From assembly GCA_963663405.2 (NCBI GenBank), contig CAXXSM010000038.1, positions 1-28,564 on the forward strand: a stretch of 28,564 nucleotides of DNA. The letters run 5' to 3'. This stretch comes from a bacterium. Lineage in GTDB: Bacteria > Hinthialibacterota > Hinthialibacteria > Hinthialibacterales > Hinthialibacteraceae. The notes below the pieces were generated by a model that did no database searches, was not told the origin of the DNA, and was given only the letters and a program-made list of their open reading frames with translations. The translations under genes were made by a program, and so were the position numbers. Position 1 is the stretch's first letter; every line of letters begins with the position of its first letter. Below are positions 1 to 10,016 of this stretch, in pieces.

Positions 1-171
1 AGGATTGAGAATCGGGAAATCGCGATTAATCAATCGTTGCGTGATTCCATGAGAAATCTTCTGACTGGAAGAATAGAGGAAGCGCTCAAGAAGATTCGAA
101 TAGCGAGAGTCTGGAAGAAAGAAGGCTATCTGATCGCCCAGCGGATTCAGGATTTGGAAAGAAAATTTTGA
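1..171 (+). CDS. 3' end of a hypothetical protein (partial, enters from window edge)
   Basis: Frame 1 is open from base 1 (RIENREIAINQSLRDSMRNLLTGRIEEALKKIRIARVWKKEGYLIAQRIQDLERKF) to TGA at 169-171, convergent with the next gene. Confidence 0.55.
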   Translation, partial: RIENREIAINQSLRDSMRNLLTGRIEEALKKIRIARVWKKEGYLIAQRIQDLERKF

Positions 172-222
172 GGATTAGCCTTTTGGATATCGATCGAACG
201 AAAAATTTGACGGATTGAAAAA

Positions 223-702
223 TCAGCGGTTTTGCACGGTCAAAATCGCATTCATGATCTCACGCATGCGTTCAATTGTATCGACCTGATGAGAATCCCT
301 GTGATGATACATCACATCAATCCCAGCAAAGAGATCCCGGTGAAGACTTTCCACTTGATACAGATTCTGTTTATCCGCTTCCAGGACTAGGACAAAACGA
401 TATTCATTCTCCCAACCTTGCATCTTCATATCCGGCCGGGCTCGACAGAAATACTCCTCCGCACGGTGAACTTGCCGGATGGTTTCACCAATATCATAGA
501 GCCGAGGTTTCATTTCACAGATCAACCATGTCGATCGTTTCTGATCCGCAGAATCTTTCCGAAGTACAACATCAATTACGCCTCGATCTCCATAATGGTT
601 GTACATAATCTCACAACCAACTGAGGAATATCCTTTTTGCTTCATCGCCTCAATGAAATTCTGTGTGAATGCTGCGTGTTGATGGTCTTTTGTGATGGGC
701 AT
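223..702 (-). CDS. PD-(D/E)xK restriction-endonuclease-fold protein
   Basis: 159 aa with GVIDVVL...ICEMKP followed by IGETIRQVHRAEEY, i.e. the D...E-x-K motif plus a downstream Q-containing helix. Confidence 0.6.
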   Translation of the reverse strand: MPITKDHQHAAFTQNFIEAMKQKGYSSVGCEIMYNHYGDRGVIDVVLRKDSADQKRSTWLICEMKPRLYDIGETIRQVHRAEEYFCRARPDMKMQGWENEYRFVLVLEADKQNLYQVESLHRDLFAGIDVMYHHRDSHQVDTIERMREIMNAILTVQNR

Positions 703-828
703 TTTTTTATTAGACCAAAGTAAGAATGTATGGTTTATAAATCTTTGGTTTTTATATCATCACATTACAATTCATAATGGAAGATGTATACTCCAGACCT
801 ATATCATAAGATATGTTCCTCAAAATAG

Positions 829-869
829 ATAGGAGTTTTTATCGAGCGAAGCCGAGATACAAACTCTAT
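829..869. other. Imperfect hairpin (attC/REP-like) abutting the element end
   Basis: ATAGGAGTTTTTATC-GAGCGAAGCCGA-GATACAAACTCTAT: paired arms with unpaired bases and a GCGAAGC mini-loop. Confidence 0.45.
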
Positions 870-1077
870 TGGACGAAGTGCGGGGGGAATGTGAGAACCA
901 ATAACACGCCATTTATTCGCGAAACGGCTTAATTGAGGAAGAGAAGTTGATAGTTTAGAAAGAGAAAATCCTCTTGAAGCTATAGAAATCCCCTCACGGC
1001 AAGAAAAGTAAAAAATCTTCCCGCGTAAAGTTATAATTTCTTTATATTACCATCGCGATGCTTACAATCGGAATCGA

Positions 1078-2244
1078 TCAGGGGCTTCGATTCCGATTGA
1101 GGGTTTCAATGACAATCACGTTACAGCTTTTGCAACGCGGACATTTAGGCCATTCCGGCGCCGATTCTTGGCCGGTCCGATCGAATACTGCTTTGTCGTT
1201 GGTCTCTTTTGAAACGATGGAATTCTCAACCGATTCGGGAATAGAAACGCTCTCCGCCTTGGGGGCGAGGAGCAAACGGATTCGATTGCGTGTGTCCCGA
1301 TGACAGTGATGCCACAGCCCATAGTAGCGGACTTTATGGAAGCCGCGGGGGAGCACATGCATCACGAAGCGCCGCAGAAATTCTTCGCCCGGCAAGCGGA
1401 GAGTTCGCCAATGCTTCTCTTTGAAGGTCTTGTAGCGGAACGTCACGTGGGTAGCGTCCATTGCCAGAAGCCGGTGGTTGGAGATCGCGATGCGATAGAC
1501 ATAGCGCCCCAGGTAATTCAAGATGGCTTTCACGCCTTTGCCATACGGTTTGCAGAACGAGTTCCAGCCTCTATTCCAGACCTTGGTCTCGATGCCTTGG
1601 AAGATCTCCGGCGCCGCTTTTTCGAGCCGTTCTTTAAAGCGCCGGCGAACGAGTAAGCTGAGCGTTCCCACATGGAGAAGCCATTTCGGGTGGCGGAGTT
1701 CCATCCAAGAGTGGCCGTCCTCACTCACGGCGCCGGCGCTGACCAACAGATGGACATGTGGATGCAATTCCAGATCTCCCCGCCAAGTGTGCAGCACGGC
1801 CAGGATCGCCGGGGTCCCGCCAACGACTTGGGGATTGCGCATCAGATCCATGATACAGGAAGCAGCCGTCGTCATCAGCAACCCATAGAGAATCTTTTGA
1901 TGAGCCAAGAAAGCCGCCCGGATAGACTGCGGAACTGTTACGATTACATGAAAGTAACGGCAGCCAAGCATCTGGTCTTCCCGCTTCTCGATCCATTGCC
2001 GCATCGCCTGGGAATGACAGGACGGACAGGATCGATTGCCACACCCGTGATACACCCAGAAGTCTTCGCCGCAGTCCTGACAGTGATAACGATGCCCTCC
2101 CAGTTCCGCCGTATGACAGGCCATGATATCGTGCAGCGCTTTACGCTGGGAGGGCAAAAGGCGCTTCCCTTGCTGCCGGATATAGGCCGGGCCAAACCGG
2201 CGAACCACATCGCCGAGTTCGAGGTTCGATGAAGTGCAATTCAT
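1078..2244 (-). CDS. IS91-family rolling-circle (HUH/Y2) transposase
   Basis: N-terminal Zn-binding region (CQDC...GCGNRSCPSC), YFHVIVTVP, LHTW, HPHVH (HUH motif), YLGRY, FVMHVLPRGFHKVRYYG. Confidence 0.95.
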   Translation of the reverse strand: MNCTSSNLELGDVVRRFGPAYIRQQGKRLLPSQRKALHDIMACHTAELGGHRYHCQDCGEDFWVYHGCGNRSCPSCHSQAMRQWIEKREDQMLGCRYFHVIVTVPQSIRAAFLAHQKILYGLLMTTAASCIMDLMRNPQVVGGTPAILAVLHTWRGDLELHPHVHLLVSAGAVSEDGHSWMELRHPKWLLHVGTLSLLVRRRFKERLEKAAPEIFQGIETKVWNRGWNSFCKPYGKGVKAILNYLGRYVYRIAISNHRLLAMDATHVTFRYKTFKEKHWRTLRLPGEEFLRRFVMHVLPRGFHKVRYYGLWHHCHRDTRNRIRLLLAPKAESVSIPESVENSIVSKETNDKAVFDRTGQESAPEWPKCPRCKSCNVIVIETLNRNRSP

Positions 2245-2253
2245 GATTCCTCC

Positions 2254-3101
2254 TCACATCAGATCGGCGAACACGGCGTTGATCCGATCCTGAGCCTCGT
2301 GGCGAAGCGGCTCAGTCAAATGAGTGTAGATCTGTGTCGAACGAATACTGGAATGGCCGAGAAGAATCTGGACAACGCGCAGGCTTTCGCCGTTCTCCAG
2401 CAATCTGCTGGCAAACGAATGACGCATCGAATGCGGCTTCACATCGTCTGTCAGCCCGGTAGCGTTACAGGCCAAGCGAAACGCTTTGCCGAGTGTCGAT
2501 GAGGGAATGTGGTTGGAGCCTTGTTGGTTGGGGAATAGCCAGGTGGGATGGCGATGCATCAACCAGAGTTCACGCATCGGCTCCAACAAGGTGTCCGGGA
2601 GAGGAACGATTCGCTCTTTATCGCCCTTCCCAATAATCCGTAAACTCATTTGGTTGGAATCGATCTGCCGCACCGGAAGAGAGATGACTTCACTGGTCCG
2701 AAGGCCGCACGCATACATCAACGTTAGAGCCAACCGGTAGGGCGTTTTCCTGACGGCGGCCAGGAGGGCGCGAACTTGGGAATGGGTTAATGAATGCGGC
2801 AGGCGCTTTTGGCGAGGCTTACGAATCTTTTTTTTGCAAACAACGGCCACCCCAGATCCAGCGTGGTTTGATAAAGAAATTTCAGCGCGCTGTAGTGGAC
2901 CTGAAACGTTCCGAGAGCGACTTTCTTCACGTCTCGCAAATTCAGTAAATAGACCCGGACGAGTTCCTCGCTAATGCATTCTGGCGAGCAATCAAATTCT
3001 AGAGCGAATGAGGCGACGGCTCGGACGTATGCTTTTTGCGTGCCTTCGCTCAGTCCTGCTAACGTCATGTCTTCGATCATGCGTTTCCGTAATGATTTCA
3101 T
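2254..3101 (-). CDS. Tyrosine recombinase, split by a -1 frameshift at A8 (2828-2835)
   Basis: 2787..3101 encodes the N-terminal SAM-like domain (RKRMIEDMTLAGLSEGTQKAY). 2254..2850 encodes the catalytic domain: YACGLRTSE, GKGDKER, HSMRHSFA, LLGHSSIRSTQIY. Confidence 0.9.
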
Positions 3102-3418
3102 GATCTTTCTCCTGTAAATAAGTAGTGGTTGGCAGTCTTACAGCCACTGCCTTCTCAGAAGAAATACATGACAACTCAGGAGATTTCGCAAGGGGATTGT
3201 TCAACTAGAAAATTCGGCGTACGACACTCTGCGGCGGAGCCGCTTCGTCCAATAAAAAATTCTCTAACTGTCTTCATCCCACATCTGAAAAACTGAGAAA
3301 GTCACTTTTTCCTATCGGAATCTCCTGATCCGATACGAGCATAACACTCATAGGATTATTTGTATTGTTTTCATTCATTTGATTCTCAACCTTATCATAA
3401 AGTTGTTCTCTTGATTAT

Positions 3419-4150
3419 TTATATCTGCACTCTCTCCAACCGTTCTTTTCTCCGCTCCCAATCTGGCATGCATTTGGTCAAGAGTAAATAGAACTCACGA
3501 CTATGATTTGGAATTTTCAAATGGCATAGTTCATGAATGATAACGTAATCGATGCAATACAGTGGTGTTTTTATCAATTCTGAGTTGAGAATGATCTTTT
3601 TTTTTTTTGAAAAACTCCCCCAGCGTTTTTTCATTAGTCGTATTTGAATCTGAGGGTAATCTATGCCAAATCGTTTTACTTTTTCATAGCATTGGTCTAC
3701 ATGCTTTTGAATGAGCGGTTTTGCATGATCTTTGTACCATTGTTCGACTTGAGATTTGATGGCATTGTGATTCTCTTTATCTGGGAAACAAACCGTAAGG
3801 TATTTACCAATGAGTTTTACGCATTTCTCATTATTCTTGATTACTTTTAACCTGTATTGCCGTCCTAAATAGTGATGCGATTCGCCGGAAATGAATCTCC
3901 GTGGCGGTTGAAGCGGTTGGTATTTTTCAAAATTGTGTATTTGCTTCAGAATCCATTTGGATCGCTTTTCAACTCGTTTTTTTATCTCTTCTATATTTTT
4001 CCCTTGAGGGGCTTTTATAATGATTCGCTGATCAGGATGAACATCGATAGTAAATCGCTTTGAATTTGTAAATTTCAGTTCAAATTCAATTTTCTCTCCG
4101 CCATAGACAATGGAATGAAGATTTGGCTTATGAGTAACTTTCTCGACCAT
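3419..4150 (-). CDS. YgjP/DUF45-like (M48/SprT-type) HExxH zinc metallohydrolase
   Basis: MKKRWGS, IDYVIIHELCHL, NHSREFY. The start ATG overlaps the hsdR stop (TAATG). This family commonly follows hsdR. Confidence 0.9.
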   Translation of the reverse strand: MVEKVTHKPNLHSIVYGGEKIEFELKFTNSKRFTIDVHPDQRIIIKAPQGKNIEEIKKRVEKRSKWILKQIHNFEKYQPLQPPRRFISGESHHYLGRQYRLKVIKNNEKCVKLIGKYLTVCFPDKENHNAIKSQVEQWYKDHAKPLIQKHVDQCYEKVKRFGIDYPQIQIRLMKKRWGSFSKKKKIILNSELIKTPLYCIDYVIIHELCHLKIPNHSREFYLLLTKCMPDWERRKERLERVQI

Positions 4151-7100
4151 TATTTGCACCTGACTTTAGCGATATCGATGCATTGTTCCATGATTTCGTC
4201 GATCTCTTCAAAACTGAGATTGATATTTCTTTCTTCTTGTAGATCGAATAGGTAATCTTCAATTTTAGTTCGTATCTGATTTTGCACGTCTATATTGGTA
4301 TGCCAGTTTACGATTTTGTTTTTTTGGATAATTTCATCAATACCAATACTGGCATCTACTCCCATCGATACAAGAATATCCTCATTGTCTGCGTGTTCTT
4401 CAAGGACTTCTTGGAAAATCCCGTAAAAGGCTTGTGCGATTTCACGATTTCTTAATGAGTCAGGGATTTCTTCGTCAACATGATTCTGAACGGCTTTTTG
4501 AATTTCTCTTACTTTATTTAGGTATTCGAGATCAGAGAGCCGTTGTTCACGGAAAGCCCGAATCGCGTCCTCAATCAGTTTTGAGAATTTTCGATAAAAA
4601 GCTGGATCTTTTTCTTTCCATTCTTCAGAAAGCGTTTTCTTGGTACGATGAGCAATCGTATCCGCTTTGGAAGCGATAGAACGTTGCTTTTCTACTTCTT
4701 CTTTGAAAGCGTTCTCATCAAAAATATTGACTAACGGTGTCAGTGATTCGACTTCACCAGCGCCAACATGCGAGTCAAGCAGTTTTTTAATTTTCGGTTC
4801 ATACTCTTTAAAATCAATTTCATCCGCATAACGCCTGCGGACACTTGTCCTCAGGTTCATATAGAATTTTAAGTCTTTTTTGTATTGGTCTATCTTCTCT
4901 TGTGATGTACATTCAAGAAAATTGGCGGATGATAAAGCGAGATTGAGCGTTCTGGCGAAATCAGATAATCGGTCACAGAATTTATCCCGCAAGGCTTTAT
5001 CGGCAAGAAGCTGTTCATACTCTTCTTCATCGAGTTTATTTTTAATTCCTTTGAATATGTCCTTCAGGTCGGAGTATTTTTGTGGGAGTTTATTGGCGTG
5101 TTCAGTAATATCATCTAAAGCATTCAGAAGGTCGTCTTTCTCGTATTCAGACAGATTTCGGTATAAATCAAACGCTTCATCAAGTTTCCCCAATACGCCA
5201 TAATAATCAATGATGTATCCATAGTCCTTGCCTTCACTCAAGCGGTTTACACGTGCGATGGCTTGTAGAAGAGCATGTTCTTTCAAACTCTTGTAAACAT
5301 AGAGTACTGTGTTTCGCGGCGCATCGAATCCAACAAGTAATTTATCAACCACGATAATGATCTCAGGATCATCACCATGCTTAAATGAATTGATTAGTTG
5401 TTTGTTGTACTCTTTTTCTGTACCGTATTTATTCATCATCTTTTTCCAGAACTCAACAACCGGTTTTTTGTTGGTTTCATAAATATCGTCGTTACCTTCC
5501 CGGTCGTCAGGTCCAGAAATGAGTACTTCCGATGTCACCATTCCAAACTCATCAAAATACTGCTTGAATTTCAACGCGCTGAGTTTCGAATCGGCTACGA
5601 ATTGTGCTTTGAATAGTTTCTCTTCATTGTCGAAGAAATTTTTGAAGTGATATCCAACATCCCAGGCAATCGCTTTGATTTTTTGGCCGGCTTTGTTGAT
5701 CTGATCGGTTGTAGTGAATTTCTGTTTCAGATCGGCTTTTTGGTCTTTAGATAAGTTCGTTGTTACCTTGTCAAACCATTGATCGATAGCGTCTCTATCC
5801 ACGTATAACTGAACGTCCCGGCCCTCATACAAGAGTGGAACAACAGCCTTGTCCCTAACAGCCTGATCGATTGTGTAGGTATCGATTAAACCGCCGAATC
5901 TCTGAATGGTATTTTTCTGTTTCCTGATGACGGGAGTTCCTGTAAAACCGACAAAGCACGCATTAGGAAGAACTTTGCGCATTAACGCATGGATTTCGCC
6001 ATATTGTGAACGGTGGCTCTCATCGACCAATACAAAAATATTCTTATCCTCATTCTTGAAATCTTTCTTCTTGAGTGAGGCTTCAAATTTATCGATGACG
6101 GTCGTGATGATTCGTTCCTGCTGGCCGACGATTAATTCTAACAAATGATTCCCCGTTTTCGCTTGGATTAGGTCTTTACCACAATGTCGGAAAGTATTGT
6201 AAATTTGGTCGTCTAAATCTACTCGGTCCGTTACAAGAATGATCTTGTAATTATTAATATCCGGTTGCAGAGCAATCGATTTTGCAAGCATGACCATCGT
6301 AAGAGATTTACCGCTACCTTGTGTATGCCAGATTACACCGCCTTTTCGAGCGCCGTCTTGATCATACGTGGAGATTCGCTCAATGCTCTTATTGACGCAG
6401 AAATATTGCTGATAGCGTGCGATCTTTTTATCCCCTGCGTCGAACAAAATGTAGCGGAAGATAAGTTCGAGAAGCCTTTCTGGACGGCATAGGGAATAGA
6501 TCGCACGATCCTGTTCTGTGATTTCACGGCCACCGCCCGTTTCAATGGTGTCAAAATATTTCCATACATATTTAAATCGATCAGAGAAAAGTTGATCTTT
6601 CATTTCTATAGGTAATGGTTGATTAATCAGAGCATAGAGTTTTTTTTCTACGTTTTCATCTTCTTTCCATACGGACCAAAACTTTGCTGGGGTACCAGTC
6701 GTGGCATATTTAGCTTCGTTTTTGGATAGAGCGAGTAACAATTGAGAGTAGAGAAATAACTTGGGGATTTCATCTTCTTTTTGGTTGCGAATTTGCTGGG
6801 AGACAGCCTCATCAATAGAATTTTTAATATCGGGTCGTTTGCATTCGATCACAACCAATGGAATCCCGTTTACAAAAAGAACAATATCCGGGAGGCGGAT
6901 TTCATGGCTGCCGGTTCGTTCGACCGGGAATTCTTCTGTCACATGAAATACATTGTTTTCGGGATGTTCCCAATCGATATAATGAAGTGAGAAACTTTTC
7001 AGGTCTCCATAAATGGATTGTGGAAGGCTCTTACCCAGGCACAATAGGTCGTATACTTTTTCATTGGTTCTAACAAGTCCATCAAAGACAATGCTCTTGA

Positions 7101-7347
7101 GTGATTGAATCGCAGTTTGGATATTTCCTTCGGAAAACTTATGATCTTCTCCTTTATATTGAAACGTGTTCATATTGCGCAGTTGTGTTTCGAGGATACC
7201 GTCTAAAACAACATTGTTCAGTTTTCCGCCACGCTGTTTTTCTGCTTCAGTAGGAGAAAGATATACAAATCCCAAATTTTGCATTAATTGCAGAGCAGGG
7301 ATTTGAGAAATATGGTCTTCTTTGAAAGAGGGAGTATCAAGACTCAT
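4150..7347 (-). CDS. hsdR: Type I restriction endonuclease subunit R
   Basis: PDIVLFVNGIPLVVIECK nuclease motif; HTQGSGKS, DESH, GFTGTP and QAIARVNR helicase motifs; 1065 aa. Confidence 0.97.
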   Translation of the reverse strand: MSLDTPSFKEDHISQIPALQLMQNLGFVYLSPTEAEKQRGGKLNNVVLDGILETQLRNMNTFQYKGEDHKFSEGNIQTAIQSLKSIVFDGLVRTNEKVYDLLCLGKSLPQSIYGDLKSFSLHYIDWEHPENNVFHVTEEFPVERTGSHEIRLPDIVLFVNGIPLVVIECKRPDIKNSIDEAVSQQIRNQKEDEIPKLFLYSQLLLALSKNEAKYATTGTPAKFWSVWKEDENVEKKLYALINQPLPIEMKDQLFSDRFKYVWKYFDTIETGGGREITEQDRAIYSLCRPERLLELIFRYILFDAGDKKIARYQQYFCVNKSIERISTYDQDGARKGGVIWHTQGSGKSLTMVMLAKSIALQPDINNYKIILVTDRVDLDDQIYNTFRHCGKDLIQAKTGNHLLELIVGQQERIITTVIDKFEASLKKKDFKNEDKNIFVLVDESHRSQYGEIHALMRKVLPNACFVGFTGTPVIRKQKNTIQRFGGLIDTYTIDQAVRDKAVVPLLYEGRDVQLYVDRDAIDQWFDKVTTNLSKDQKADLKQKFTTTDQINKAGQKIKAIAWDVGYHFKNFFDNEEKLFKAQFVADSKLSALKFKQYFDEFGMVTSEVLISGPDDREGNDDIYETNKKPVVEFWKKMMNKYGTEKEYNKQLINSFKHGDDPEIIIVVDKLLVGFDAPRNTVLYVYKSLKEHALLQAIARVNRLSEGKDYGYIIDYYGVLGKLDEAFDLYRNLSEYEKDDLLNALDDITEHANKLPQKYSDLKDIFKGIKNKLDEEEYEQLLADKALRDKFCDRLSDFARTLNLALSSANFLECTSQEKIDQYKKDLKFYMNLRTSVRRRYADEIDFKEYEPKIKKLLDSHVGAGEVESLTPLVNIFDENAFKEEVEKQRSIASKADTIAHRTKKTLSEEWKEKDPAFYRKFSKLIEDAIRAFREQRLSDLEYLNKVREIQKAVQNHVDEEIPDSLRNREIAQAFYGIFQEVLEEHADNEDILVSMGVDASIGIDEIIQKNKIVNWHTNIDVQNQIRTKIEDYLFDLQEERNINLSFEEIDEIMEQCIDIAKVRCK

Positions 7348-7360
7348 GATTATTGCCTTT

Positions 7361-8521
7361 TCAGATTTTTACCCGCACTTTACCCGTAAGTAATTTTTGC
7401 ATTAAGCCTTTTTTTTGATAGTTCAATAATTCCAATTTTCTTGTCAAAATCTTAATTTCTAAATCAATTGCATTTAGTACACTTGCGACAAACTTTTGGT
7501 CATCAATTGTTGGTAGAAATAAAACTTGTTTTTTTAAAGTCTCTAAGGTTATTCCTTTAACTGTACTCCCTGATCCAATTCTCTCTAACTTGTTTGCATG
7601 AGTGTTAAACCAATATAATAAATATAACTTATCGAGATTTGCTTTAGGAAAAATCCCTTTTAAATCTTGGTTTATTGCGACATCACAATTAAATATGACT
7701 GCTTTACCTACAGCCATACGAGTAGATACAATAACAGTACCTTTTGGAATCAGATTAGCAGAACTATTATTTAAACCTTCTAAATTAATATGTTCTTCTG
7801 TATCAGAATAATCAAATCTATTCAGATCTTTTACTGTAGCCCAAGGTATTCTGCCTTCCCAATATTTGGTAAATTTTCTTGATGGTGTCCCTCCGCCTAT
7901 AATTTTTTCAATACAATCTTCAAGTCGCTTTTCTTTCTGATAAGGAAACTGCTTCTTTCCAGTCAACAATTGTTGCATAAGCCCTTTTTTAAATTTCTGT
8001 TTAGCTTCAATCAGGTGATTGGTTTGGTCGATGGCTTTATCCCATGCGGAGAGGATTTGGGAGATTTTTTTTTGTTCTTCAATTGAAACTTTTGTTACTT
8101 CAAAATTAGACAATGACTTTTTATCAATATTTGGAAAAGTAGATCCCGAAGTAAATTTTAGTATTCTCTGAGTACTATATACGAGAATATGTTCTATGAA
8201 AGAAGTTAAAAAACCATTTTTCCCACGTATTGCTGCTACACCTCTACCAATACAATAATTATCATCAGCTATATTTATTCTTCCAGTTGAACTCCCACGA
8301 ACACATAAAAGAATATCGCCTTTATTACAAATTTTTGTTGGTTTTGAAGTCCACTGTTTTTTGATAGGAAACCTATTTGTAAACTCAGTAGGACCATTGA
8401 TTAAAGGAATTCCGATTTTTTCTGAATTATAGCTATCACCACGAGGAGATTGTCCCATTTCTATGTGAGATATCTTCCCAATTTTTATCAATTCATTTTT
8501 ATTCTTAATTAATTTATCCAT
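7361..8521 (-). CDS. hsdS: Type I R-M specificity subunit S (two TRDs)
   Basis: GQSP and GGTPSR TRD starts; conserved helical spacers EEQKKI...KKGLMQQLLTGK and KKGLMQKLLTGKVRV. Markedly AT-rich. Confidence 0.96.
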   Translation of the reverse strand: MDKLIKNKNELIKIGKISHIEMGQSPRGDSYNSEKIGIPLINGPTEFTNRFPIKKQWTSKPTKICNKGDILLCVRGSSTGRINIADDNYCIGRGVAAIRGKNGFLTSFIEHILVYSTQRILKFTSGSTFPNIDKKSLSNFEVTKVSIEEQKKISQILSAWDKAIDQTNHLIEAKQKFKKGLMQQLLTGKKQFPYQKEKRLEDCIEKIIGGGTPSRKFTKYWEGRIPWATVKDLNRFDYSDTEEHINLEGLNNSSANLIPKGTVIVSTRMAVGKAVIFNCDVAINQDLKGIFPKANLDKLYLLYWFNTHANKLERIGSGSTVKGITLETLKKQVLFLPTIDDQKFVASVLNAIDLEIKILTRKLELLNYQKKGLMQKLLTGKVRVKI

Positions 8522-10016
8522 TGAATCCCAACTCCTTTAAATAACCAGCCATTGCTTTGCGCGTAACCGTCAGTTCGCTTTCGAGTTCGTCAATCTCTTT
8601 CTGGGTCGCTGCGATGTCGATCTCTTCTTCTTCCTCAAAGCTATCGACATAGCGAGGGATGTTGAGATTGAATTCGTTCTCATCGCGGATTTCTTCAAAA
8701 GTGGCACGATAGGCGTATTTCTCGACTGTTTTGAATTTCTTGTAGGTTGCAACGGTCTTGTTTATGTCTTCTTCGCGTAGTTTGTTCTGTGTCTTGCCCT
8801 GCTCAAATTCACGGCTTGCATCAATAAAGAACACGTCCTTGGTCTTCTTGCCTTTATTGAAAATCATGATCGCTGCCGGGATACCAGTTCCATAAAACAG
8901 ATTTGCAGGAAGCCCCACTACCGCTTCAAGAATATTCTCTTCCACGAATTTTTGTCTGATTTTCCCCTCTTGCCCCCCTCTGAACAAAACACCATGTGGA
9001 ACAATCACTCCAACACGGCCTTCCTCCACAAGCGCCGTTTCAACCATATGGAGAATAAATGCGTAATCTCCCTTGCTTTTGGGAGGTGTCCCACGCAAGA
9101 AGCGCTGAAACTTGTCACTTTCCGCGATGTCCGCTCCCCACTTATCAAGAGAGAAGGGAGGATTCGCTACAACGATATTGAACTTCATGAGCGAATCATC
9201 TTGGATCAATTTGGGGCTGGTAATCGTATTGCACCATTCGATCCGGGCACTATCCATGCTATGCAGAAACATATTCATTTTGCATAGCGCCCAAGTACTG
9301 CCGTTGCTTTCCTGTCCAAAGAGCGAAAAATCATTGTTGCCCACTTCATGCGCAACCTTGATAAGCAAAGAACCAGAACCACAGGCTGGATCGCAGATCG
9401 TATCCCCCGGTTTGGGATTGAGTAGTTTCGCTAAAAGAATAGAAACTTCCGGTGGTGTATAGAATTCACCACCTTTCTTACCGGCACCGCTGGCAAAACG
9501 GGCAATCAAGTATTCATAGACATCACCGATCACATCGCGGTTGCCGATTTTTGACGGGCGAAGATCGAGTTTTTCATTATTAAAATCATTGAGCAAAGCT
9601 TTTAGACGACGATTGCGTTCCTTAGTTTCGCCCAGGTTTGCTTCACTGTTAAAATCGATCATGCGAAATACGTTTTCCAATTTGGCCTTATTGGCGTCTT
9701 CAATCTTTTCCAAGGAGATGTTGAGTAATTCGCCGATATTGGCTTCCTCACGCTTTGCATATAGGTGATCAAAATCACACTCCTCAGGTAGAATAAATCG
9801 TTCACGGCTTAACGCTCTTTGGATGCGTTCTTGGTTACCTTTGTATTTCTTTTCATATTCCTCTTTTATATCCTTCACCAAATCGGATAAGTACTTAATA
9901 AATAGCATCACAAGGATATAATTTTTATATTCAGATGGATCGACCGCTCCACGGAACGTGTCGCATGCCTGCCAAACGATGTTGTTGATTTCTTGTTGAG
10001 TTACTTTATTGGTCAT
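8514..10016 (-). CDS. hsdM: Type I R-M N6-adenine methyltransferase subunit M
   Basis: GEFYTP, DPACGSGSLL, VANPPFS, PHGVLFRG, LNIPRYV. Confidence 0.97.
   Translation of the reverse strand: MTNKVTQQEINNIVWQACDTFRGAVDPSEYKNYILVMLFIKYLSDLVKDIKEEYEKKYKGNQERIQRALSRERFILPEECDFDHLYAKREEANIGELLNISLEKIEDANKAKLENVFRMIDFNSEANLGETKERNRRLKALLNDFNNEKLDLRPSKIGNRDVIGDVYEYLIARFASGAGKKGGEFYTPPEVSILLAKLLNPKPGDTICDPACGSGSLLIKVAHEVGNNDFSLFGQESNGSTWALCKMNMFLHSMDSARIEWCNTITSPKLIQDDSLMKFNIVVANPPFSLDKWGADIAESDKFQRFLRGTPPKSKGDYAFILHMVETALVEEGRVGVIVPHGVLFRGGQEGKIRQKFVEENILEAVVGLPANLFYGTGIPAAIMIFNKGKKTKDVFFIDASREFEQGKTQNKLREEDINKTVATYKKFKTVEKYAYRATFEEIRDENEFNLNIPRYVDSFEEEEEIDIAATQKEIDELESELTVTRKAMAGYLKELGFNG

Larger units (their letters stand above)
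867..3254 (-). mobile_element. IS91-like element carrying a tyrosine recombinase and a Y2 transposase
   Basis: Integrase plus IS91 transposase gene pair. Perfect 12-bp inverted repeat TATTGGACGAAG (867-878) / CTTCGTCCAATA (3243-3254). Higher GC than the flanks. Confidence 0.75.

Noticed and set aside
1058-2740. Several plus-strand ORFs over the IS91-like element (and similar ones over the hsd and IS genes)
   Set aside because: They are antisense or alternative-frame shadows of well-supported genes and have no motifs.
3242-3270. dif/pdif (XerCD) site
   Set aside because: The left arm loosely resembles an XerC arm, but the right arm (ATTCTCTAACT) departs too far from TTATGTTAAAT.
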